Below, piece after piece: positions 7,012-13,802 of a stretch of 36,980 bases of DNA (its first letter is position 1; each line of letters starts with the position of its first letter). A program made the translations under genes and the position numbers. This stretch comes from an uncultured Candidatus Saccharibacteria bacterium (lineage in GTDB: Bacteria; Patescibacteriota; Minisyncoccia; Minisyncoccales; JAGLUP01). Below the pieces are notes generated by a model. It saw only the letters and a list, made by a program, of their open reading frames with translations, was not told where the DNA came from and searched no databases. The stretch covers positions 1-36,980 of the forward strand of contig CAYNVZ010000001.1 of NCBI GenBank assembly GCA_964400775.1, in the 5' to 3' direction.

Positions 7012-10000
7012 TTAAAATTTAGGAATTTTAAACATCTTCCGTTCTCGCACCTCCTGCTGCTTCCCAAGATTAAATTGGCGTTGAGGCCTAAGATATCCAA
7101 CTACCCTCGTGTAAACCTCACAGGGCTGTTTAATTGTACATTTGGGGCAATAAAAATGTTCTCCTGATAAATACCCATGAACAGGACAAATAGAAAAGGT
7201 GGGCGTCAGGGTTATATAAGGCAGATGAAAGTTCTCAAAAATTCTTTTTACTAAATTTTTGACTGTTTGAGTATCAGAAACTCGCTCTCCTAAAAACAAG
7301 TGAAGCACCGTACCGCCAGTATATTTACATTGTATTTCATCTTGAAGCTTTAAGGCCTCAAATAAATCATCTGTATAATTAACCGGCAGTTGGGTAGAGT
7401 TTGTGTAATAGGGTCTTTCTTTGGTGCCAGCAGTGATAATATCAGGATATCTTTCTTTATCCTTTAAACTCAATCTGAAGGCAGTACTCTCAGCCGGAGT
7501 AGCCTCTAAATTATAGATATTATTGGTCTCTTTTTGATATTTTACCAATCTATCTCTCATAAAGTCCATTACTTCCAAGGTAAACTTTATTCCTTCTTTA
7601 GAGGCAATATTTTCACCAAGAAAATTAAGGAGAGCTTCATTCATTCCTACCAAGCCAATAGTTGAAAAATGGTTAGCAAAATAAGTACCTCGGGCCTTCT
7701 TAATCCCTGATAGATAAAATTTTGAATAAGGATATAATCCTTTTTCAGAAAAATCCTCTATTGCCTTTCTTTTTATTTCCAAACTTTCTTTGGCTAAATC
7801 CATTAATCTTCCCAACCGTTCAAAAAATTCTTTTTTGGTTTTTGAAAGATAGCCAATTCTTGGTAAATTAATCGTAACTACCCCCACACTCCCTGTTAAG
7901 CTCCCACTACCGAACAATCCTCCTCCGCCGCGATTATGAAGTTCGTTTAGCTCAAGACGAAGCCTGCAACAATTGAAAGAAATTTGACCTAAAGAATGGA
8001 CAAAAAGATGATTCTTCTCTAATTCAATATCATAAAATTCCTGAGGAGTTTTAAAATTTTTTTCCTCGATTTTAACGATGGCAATAGGAGAAACTTTTTC
8101 TTTTCTTAACCGTTCCTCTATATTTCCTATTTTCTGAAGCTTTTTAATTGAATCTACAACTAGAATTTTTTCTCCAATTTTTATATCCTTTGCAAACTTC
8201 ATTTTGATTCCTTCAGGTGTATAAATAGCCATCGGATGTTTTAAAGAGAAAATGCATTTCTTTCCATCTCTAGTAATAATCTCTAACCCCTTTTTGTCTA
8301 TGATTTTTAAAAACCTTTTTACCGGCGACCATTCCAGTTTCAAATTTTGGGGATTGAGCGATAATATCTCTAAACTTCCTTCTTTTTTACATTCTGCCCA
8401 TCCCTCTTTATCAAAGTCCCCTATTTTATACTTCTCGGCTATTTCTTTAATTGAGGCCCTTTTTATATTTTTAGAATTCCTAATCAATAACTCTTCTTTT
8501 CCATCTATACACATACTTCTCACATCCTCCGGTTTCATATCCGAATTAATGTAATTGCTGAAATAATTTATTCCGTATTTTGCCGAGGCCTCAAAAACTC
8601 CATCAAAAGCTGGCTCATTCCAAGGAAAATCTTTAGTGATGTTTATGGTAGGAATGGGAAAATGAAAGGGCCTACCTGATTTATCTCCTTCTAAATACAC
8701 CTCGTAAAGCGCCTTATCAAATACCTTCATTTCTTCTTCAAATTCTTTGTAGGACTCTTTTTGGGGCTTACCTCCTATAATTACCGGTTGGTTAGCAAAA
8801 ACCGGAGAAGGCTTAAGATCAAGGGTAATATTGCTGAAAGGACTATTGTGAAAAACCAACAGCCCTGCTCCGCCAACAAAATTCTCTTGAGGAACATCAA
8901 CTGAAATATCATACTCAAACTCTCTGTCATAAATAAATTCTTCTTTATTTAAACATACCCGCGCCTCAAAATCGCCAACTCTATATTGTTTTCTGCCGTA
9001 TTGACTATTTTTTTTGAAAGCCCGAACAATATACTGGTCTCTCCACTTCTTATTAACCTTGCTGACCTTCTCAGTATAAACACTAAATCGAATATCATTT
9101 TGAGCTAAAAGTAGACATAAGCTCAAAGAAAGTTTCTTAGAGGTAGTAGAAAAATCATAATATTTATTATACTCGCTAGCATCTCCTTTAAATAAGGTTT
9201 TAATAAAGAGTCGCTGATATTTCTTTGAAAGTTCAAAAATATACCAGGGAATGACCTTATTAAAAGATAACGTGCCACAGCTTAGTCCAATAATCTCAGC
9301 TAATAATCCTTTTCCCGCAACCTTATAAACTTTTTTAGTTTTGTTCTTTTTTTGGGAATAACCTTTATTTTCTTGAATATATCCTAAGGAGTTTAATTCT
9401 TTTAAAACCTCAATTATTTCTTTCTTATTTTTTAAATCTGCCTGAGAGATATAAACAGGCACAGACAATCCCTTGTGCCCTTCACTTAGATACCAGGCAC
9501 AAAGCTTCACAAAATTCTCTAATACCTCTCCTTTCAAAAATCTTTTATGCCAAATATTGCTATTTTTTAATTTAAATTCAGCTCTATGGTCAAGACGAGC
9601 AAACTTTCTCCAAATATCATATCTAATAGTTTTTTTTCGAAGCCAATCCCTCCAAATTCCTTTATCTCTTATGCCAAAATCAATATAAAAAGGATGTATA
9701 GCTTGATATTGGTTTAAAATATTGCTTCTTATGACAGAAAGAGTGTGGGTAGGATTTATTTTTACAAAAACATTTTTTTGAAGTTGAGGAAATGCATCAA
9801 TCAATTCAATTAAATCTATCTCTCCTTTGCCTTTTGGAGCTTCTATCTTAGACAAAGCCAAAAAATGATTTTTTGAATTTAGATGCCTATAATCAGATGC
9901 GGTTTTAACATCTGAAACAGAAACTGCCTGAGGATTAAATTTGCCTTTAAAATCTTTAAATGAAAATAAAGAATGACCTGAAGAAATCTTTGCTTCGCCC

Positions 10001-11088
10001 CTGTTTGTCCTTACTTTTACAAATTTTGAATTTTTAGGAACCCTATGACGAATAAATGCTTTAATCCTTGCCCAAACCGCTTTTCCTTTTGAATTAAAAG
10101 AAAGAGCATAATAATCATCGTAATTTTCTATAGCAAAACTTTGAGGATGTTTCTCAATGATTCGATGCGGGTTTGTTTCAAATTGTTTATCAATTAGTTT
10201 TCCGATTTCAATAAATTTAATCCTTCCTTTATCTTTAATAACCACCAACTCGTCCCAGGCCAAGCTCTGAAATCCTGTTCTTGTGGGCACCGCCATATTG
10301 AATAAAAACTCCTGAAGCGCTTGTTTGACCTGCTGATAATTTAAATTGTCATAACGAATAAAAGGAGCAAGCAGGGTGTCAAAATTAGAAAAAGCGATAG
10401 CACCTGCTGCCTCGCCTTGAAGTGTAAAGATGAAATTAACCACCTGACCCAGAGCAGCTCTAAAGTGTTTAGCCGGTTTTGATTCTACCTTGCCCGGAAC
10501 ACCGCCAAAACCTTTCACCAAAAGGTCGTAAAGATCCCAACCCACGCAGTACGGGCCTAAGGTATCCAGGTTATGAAGGTGAAAATCTCCAGATTCGTTT
10601 GCCTCTCTTATTTCTTTTGGATAAATTTTATTCAGCCAGTATTTTTTAACAATATAGGAAACCCCATAGCGATTCAAACCTTGCAAAGAAAATGCCATAT
10701 TAGCGTTTTCCTGAACCTCCCAATCTAGTTTTTCTAAATACTGATCTATCCTCTCCACTGCCTCTTCAGAAACCACTGTTGATTCTCTTATTTTCCTTCT
10801 CTGTTCCCGGTATAAAATAAAGGCCTTGGCTGTCTCAACCAAGCCCTCTAAAATCAGAATTTCTTCAATAATGTCCTGGATCTGCTCAACACCTGGGACT
10901 TCCTCTTGTTTAAATCTTCTATTTAAAATTTCAACTACCTTATCAGAAATTCTTTTTGCTTTTTGTCCATCGCCTTGATTACAGGCAGTTAATGCCTTAA
11001 AAATTGCTTCAGTAATCTTTGACTGGTTAAAGTCAACAATAGAGCCATCTCTTTTTTTTATCTTAGAAATTTTGTTTTTTATCTCCAT
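7012..11088 (-). CDS. nrdD: Class III (anaerobic) ribonucleoside-triphosphate reductase with ATP-cone, interrupted by two inteins (704 aa after removal)
   Basis: N-terminal ATP-cone (KKRDGSIVDFNQSKITEAI), a C-terminal Zn site (CPVHG..CPKC) and the glycyl-radical motif TRVVGYLRP. At 1358 aa it is about twice the normal length. Two insertions have canonical intein ends (listed as separate features). Confidence 0.95.
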   Translation of the reverse strand: MEIKNKISKIKKRDGSIVDFNQSKITEAIFKALTACNQGDGQKAKRISDKVVEILNRRFKQEEVPGVEQIQDIIEEILILEGLVETAKAFILYREQRRKIRESTVVSEEAVERIDQYLEKLDWEVQENANMAFSLQGLNRYGVSYIVKKYWLNKIYPKEIREANESGDFHLHNLDTLGPYCVGWDLYDLLVKGFGGVPGKVESKPAKHFRAALGQVVNFIFTLQGEAAGAIAFSNFDTLLAPFIRYDNLNYQQVKQALQEFLFNMAVPTRTGFQSLAWDELVVIKDKGRIKFIEIGKLIDKQFETNPHRIIEKHPQSFAIENYDDYYALSFNSKGKAVWARIKAFIRHRVPKNSKFVKVRTNRGEAKISSGHSLFSFKDFKGKFNPQAVSVSDVKTASDYRHLNSKNHFLALSKIEAPKGKGEIDLIELIDAFPQLQKNVFVKINPTHTLSVIRSNILNQYQAIHPFYIDFGIRDKGIWRDWLRKKTIRYDIWRKFARLDHRAEFKLKNSNIWHKRFLKGEVLENFVKLCAWYLSEGHKGLSVPVYISQADLKNKKEIIEVLKELNSLGYIQENKGYSQKKNKTKKVYKVAGKGLLAEIIGLSCGTLSFNKVIPWYIFELSKKYQRLFIKTLFKGDASEYNKYYDFSTTSKKLSLSLCLLLAQNDIRFSVYTEKVSKVNKKWRDQYIVRAFKKNSQYGRKQYRVGDFEARVCLNKEEFIYDREFEYDISVDVPQENFVGGAGLLVFHNSPFSNITLDLKPSPVFANQPVIIGGKPQKESYKEFEEEMKVFDKALYEVYLEGDKSGRPFHFPIPTINITKDFPWNEPAFDGVFEASAKYGINYFSNYINSDMKPEDVRSMCIDGKEELLIRNSKNIKRASIKEIAEKYKIGDFDKEGWAECKKEGSLEILSLNPQNLKLEWSPVKRFLKIIDKKGLEIITRDGKKCIFSLKHPMAIYTPEGIKMKFAKDIKIGEKILVVDSIKKLQKIGNIEERLRKEKVSPIAIVKIEEKNFKTPQEFYDIELEKNHLFVHSLGQISFNCCRLRLELNELHNRGGGGLFGSGSLTGSVGVVTINLPRIGYLSKTKKEFFERLGRLMDLAKESLEIKRKAIEDFSEKGLYPYSKFYLSGIKKARGTYFANHFSTIGLVGMNEALLNFLGENIASKEGIKFTLEVMDFMRDRLVKYQKETNNIYNLEATPAESTAFRLSLKDKERYPDIITAGTKERPYYTNSTQLPVNYTDDLFEALKLQDEIQCKYTGGTVLHLFLGERVSDTQTVKNLVKRIFENFHLPYITLTPTFSICPVHGYLSGEHFYCPKCTIKQPCEVYTRVVGYLRPQRQFNLGKQQEVRERKMFKIPKF
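7972..8511 (-). mobile_element. Intein 2 of NrdD (aa 860-1039, 180 aa), mini-intein without an endonuclease domain
   Basis: The junction VRSM|CIDGKEELLI....HLFVHSLGQISFN|CCRLRL restores RSMCCRLRL. Cys1, terminal Asn and Cys+1 are present, with a block B-like SLKH. The penultimate residue is Phe rather than His. Confidence 0.75.
8845..10266 (-). mobile_element. Intein 1 of NrdD (aa 275-748, 474 aa) with a LAGLIDADG homing-endonuclease domain
   Basis: The extein junction GFQ|SLAWDELVVIKDKG....GAGLLVFHN|SPFSNITLD restores the conserved G.Q.PF.NITLD motif. Ser1, C-terminal HN and Ser+1 are present, as is block B SSGH. The two LAGLIDADG-like motifs are LCAWYLSEGHKG and FIKTLFKGDASE. Confidence 0.85.
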
Positions 11089-11171
11089 AACTATCTATAA
11101 TCAAAACGAAGAAGAAATGAGCATTTGTCCTCATTTCCACTAACTAAGAGGGTATATTAAGCACTTATCAA

Positions 11172-11208
11172 GACAAAAATAAAAGAGGTTATTACAGCTT
11201 ACCTCTTT
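11172..11208 (-). terminator. Rho-independent terminator downstream of ftsZ
   Basis: The minus strand reads AAAGAGGT, 11-nt loop, ACCTCTTT, followed by TATTTTTGTC. Confidence 0.55.
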
Positions 11209-11288
11209 AGTAAATACCTGTCAAATTTAGCAAGATGTGGATAACTAAGGATTTTCAAGCTCAATAGCAGAAATTTGACGGAGTTTCG

Positions 11289-12224
11289 CTATTGGGTAAA
11301 ACCTGTGGCAATAATAGTTACCTTTATTTCTCCTTTTTTTAACTTTTTGTCTTGGACTGCTCCAAAAATTACCTTTGCCTTTGGATGAATATGCTGGGTA
11401 ATTAGTTTGGCTATTTCATTTACTTCTATTAAAGAAAGATCTGCTCCTCCGCTTACGTTAAATAAAACTCCTTTTGCTCCTTGAATAGAAAAATCAACCA
11501 AAGGACAACTGATGGCCTTATTAGCTGCCTCAATTGCTCTTTTTTCTCCTTTGGCTCTTCCCATTCCAAACAATGCCTGACCAGAATTTTTCATAATGGC
11601 TTTAAGGTCAGCAAAATCAACATTAATAATGCCTGGCAAAACAATCAAATCAGAAATTCCCTGAACCGCCTGTCTTAACACTTCGTCACAAATCCAAAAA
11701 CTCTGTAAAAGCGAGGTCTCTTGGTCAATCAAGCCAAGCAATTTATTATTTGGAATAACTAATAAAGTGTCCACTCTATTTTTTAAATTATCTATTCCTT
11801 GCTCAGCAAGCTTCATACGCCACATACCTTCAAAGCTAAACGGCTTGGTAACTACAGCCACAGTTAAAATTCCTAATTTTTTAGCAATCTCAGCCACAAC
11901 AGGCCCGGCTCCTGTGCCTGTCCCTCCACCTGCTCCATAAGTGACAAATATCATATCTGAATCTTTTAAAATATCTTGAATCTCTTTCCTTTGCTCTTCA
12001 GCTGCTCGTCTGCCAATGTCTGGATCCATTCCTGTGCCTAATCCTTTGGTTAGTTCTCTACCAATCTGAAGCCGATAATGCGCGCGGGTATTTTTAAGGT
12101 CTTGGACATCAGTATTCAAGGCAATCAAATCCACGCCCTGAATATGGCATTTCATCATCCGGGTTATAGCATTACAGCCAGAACCACCCACGCCTATTAC
12201 TTTAATTTTTACATTTTTCTTCAT
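11289..12224 (-). CDS. ftsZ: Cell division protein FtsZ, core-only (311 aa, no C-terminal linker or tail)
   Basis: IKVIGVGGSGCNAI, tubulin signature GGGTGTGAGPVVAEIAK, and an end at ..KVTIIATGFTQ-TAG. The ATG overlaps the hepT stop (ATGA at 12221..12224). Confidence 0.95.
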   Translation of the reverse strand: MKKNVKIKVIGVGGSGCNAITRMMKCHIQGVDLIALNTDVQDLKNTRAHYRLQIGRELTKGLGTGMDPDIGRRAAEEQRKEIQDILKDSDMIFVTYGAGGGTGTGAGPVVAEIAKKLGILTVAVVTKPFSFEGMWRMKLAEQGIDNLKNRVDTLLVIPNNKLLGLIDQETSLLQSFWICDEVLRQAVQGISDLIVLPGIINVDFADLKAIMKNSGQALFGMGRAKGEKRAIEAANKAISCPLVDFSIQGAKGVLFNVSGGADLSLIEVNEIAKLITQHIHPKAKVIFGAVQDKKLKKGEIKVTIIATGFTQ

Positions 12225-12646
12225 AAATTTTTTGTGTACTTATTTGCGATTTCTAAAAATTCTTTAAAATCCTCTGTATCATTCTGTAAAATTTCATAAA
12301 CCTGTTTCTCGTCTAAAGAGGGATAATTATGAATAGCTCTATTTCTAAAACCAATCATTTTTTGAATTTTTTCTGAAAATTCTTTATTTATTATCTTTGC
12401 CTCAAATAATTTTACAGGAATTTTTCCATAACTTTCAACTTTTATCCCTTTGTCTGCCAAAATATATTGTCCAATATCTAAAATTGCCTCAATCCCTGCC
12501 ACCAAACCAAATGTTGTCGCCCAGACATTTTCAATATTGTTTTTTAAATCATCTAAGCTAAGCCTTTGGAGTTTTTTCAGTCCTTGGTAGATTTTAAATA
12601 AATTATTTATTTTATCCTGAAGTTGTTCTTTTATTATTTTTGTCAT
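12221..12646 (-). CDS. hepT: HEPN-domain (DUF86/HepT-like) putative RNase toxin
   Basis: 141 aa with an R-x4-H HEPN motif in GFRNRAIHNY. It lies downstream of, and overlaps by 4 nt, a minimal nucleotidyltransferase gene, which is the classic MntA-HepT arrangement. Confidence 0.8.
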   Translation of the reverse strand: MTKIIKEQLQDKINNLFKIYQGLKKLQRLSLDDLKNNIENVWATTFGLVAGIEAILDIGQYILADKGIKVESYGKIPVKLFEAKIINKEFSEKIQKMIGFRNRAIHNYPSLDEKQVYEILQNDTEDFKEFLEIANKYTKNL

Positions 12647-13056
12647 AAGGCCTTTATCCTCAAATCTAAAAATTGATTATAGATATTACTTAAATGCAGA
12701 TATTCTTCATATTCACGAAGGGTTTGGATTTGAAATAAAATTCTATCTGCATTGCTTCTAATAAAAAGTGGTTTTCCTTCTAAAACCACTGTTTGCTTTA
12801 AGAGAGGAGAAGAAACATTCAGGTTAACAATGTTTATTTCTTTTTTAGGATAAATTCCTGAGAAGACCTCAATCAACTTTCCTTCTATTTTTAAATAATC
12901 TTTTTCCTTTACCTTTTTGTCAAACAAAACCGCAATATCAATATCGCTCTCTTTATGAGAGGTCCCTTTTGCCTCAGACCCAAACAAATAAGCCAAAACC
13001 ACTTTGTTTTGTTTAAAAATCTTATTTAATTCTTTTTGATATTTCTTTAATTCCAT
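12643..13056 (-). CDS. mntA: Minimal nucleotidyltransferase (MNT/MntA-like) putative antitoxin
   Basis: 137 aa with the pol-beta-type NTase motif LFGSEAKGTSHKESDIDIAVLF (GS..G..(x)n..DxD). An ATGA overlap joins it to hepT at 12643..12646. Confidence 0.85.
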   Translation of the reverse strand: MELKKYQKELNKIFKQNKVVLAYLFGSEAKGTSHKESDIDIAVLFDKKVKEKDYLKIEGKLIEVFSGIYPKKEINIVNLNVSSPLLKQTVVLEGKPLFIRSNADRILFQIQTLREYEEYLHLSNIYNQFLDLRIKAL

Positions 13057-13065
13057 ATTTACTTC

Positions 13066-13094
13066 ATCCTACCAAATTAAAAACCATAAATCAA
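13066..13094 (-). promoter_or_regulatory. Sigma70-like promoter directly upstream of mntA (near-leaderless geometry)
   Basis: The minus strand reads TTGATT (13094..13089), 17 nt, TAGGAT (13071..13066), then only 9 nt to the ATG at 13056. Confidence 0.35.
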
Positions 13095-13095
13095 C

Positions 13096-13120
13096 AAAAA
13101 AGAGCTTTTCAGCTCTTTTT
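13096..13120 (-). terminator. Rho-independent terminator downstream of the 13150..13800 gene, separating it from mntA-hepT-ftsZ
   Basis: AAAAGAGC, 6-nt loop, GCTCTTTT, with a T-run following on the minus strand (an A-run on the plus strand at 13096..13100). Confidence 0.6.
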
Positions 13121-13149
13121 ACTTATTCCTAAAAATTATTAAAATCACC

Positions 13150-13800
13150 TCACTCCAAAAACCGAAAAGTGGAAAGCATTTGGTTGAAGGCCTTTTCTAA
13201 TTCTTTAAATTTCTCCGTATCCTTCATTCCAAATACACCTAAATAATAAAGATTCTCTTTGTGGTTTATTTTAACTCTTATATATTTTACTACACAATCA
13301 ATTTTTACTCCGTGATAGAACGTCTTTTCTTTTTCTAACTCGCATCTTTCCGCTTCATAGCCAGATAAAAATATTTTTTCACATTTCGCTTCACTTCCTA
13401 ATCCATAATCTTTGTTTATTACCAATTGAACACATTCATCAGTGCCCGCGACAGAATAACCAAATAAATACATCCAATCTACCGGAGAATGCTCAAGAAC
13501 TATCCAGTCCTTTGGATACCTTATCTCAAATCCATACTCCTCATTTCTATAGATTTTCCAATCCTATAAAATCTCATCAGGAAGCAGGTCAGCAGTTTCA
13601 TCTTTGACTGTTGTTTCTGGCTCAATTGTTATTTCTGGTACTGTTTCCAATGTCTTCATTTTTTCTCTTAATAACTGCGCTTGCCAGATTAAAATTCCTG
13701 AATAAATAGAAAACGCGAGCATAATGACTGTAATACCCGCGCGCACAGAAATTTGTTTATTAAAAAATGAAGGTAATTTAGGTTGGGCTTGGTTATTCAT
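13150..13800 (-). pseudogene. Membrane-anchored orphan protein split by one in-frame TAG (13564..13566): TM-anchor ORF 13564..13800 plus globular-domain ORF 13150..13563
   Basis: The two track ORFs (13564..13800 and 13150..13473) are in the same frame. The 90 nt between the TAG and the first ATG translate without stops to DWKIYRNEEYGFEIRYPKDWIVLEHSPVDW, a motif that normally follows an N-terminal TM anchor in CPR surface proteins. Confidence 0.6.
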
Positions 13801-13802
13801 TT

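Noticed and set aside
8252-9688. Plus-strand ORFs 8252..8554 and 9473..9688, antisense to nrdD
   Set aside because: Both lie entirely inside the strongly supported nrdD/intein reading frame. Their translations are low-complexity and Phe/Ser/Leu-rich, as is typical of antisense frames in AT-rich DNA.
11089-11288. NrdR box or B12 riboswitch upstream of nrdD
   Set aside because: I could not find tandem NrdR-box palindromes (ACACWATATWTWGTGT-like) or any B12-box. Only an 8-bp hairpin (11114..11137) of unknown meaning is present.
13564-13566. Genome-wide TAG reassignment as the explanation for the in-frame TAG
   Set aside because: TAG also terminates GH1 (2736), ftsZ (11289), iorA (22597), the FIST gene (31095) and the UbiA-like gene (36652) at positions consistent with family C-termini. 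No suppressor tRNA is present in the window.
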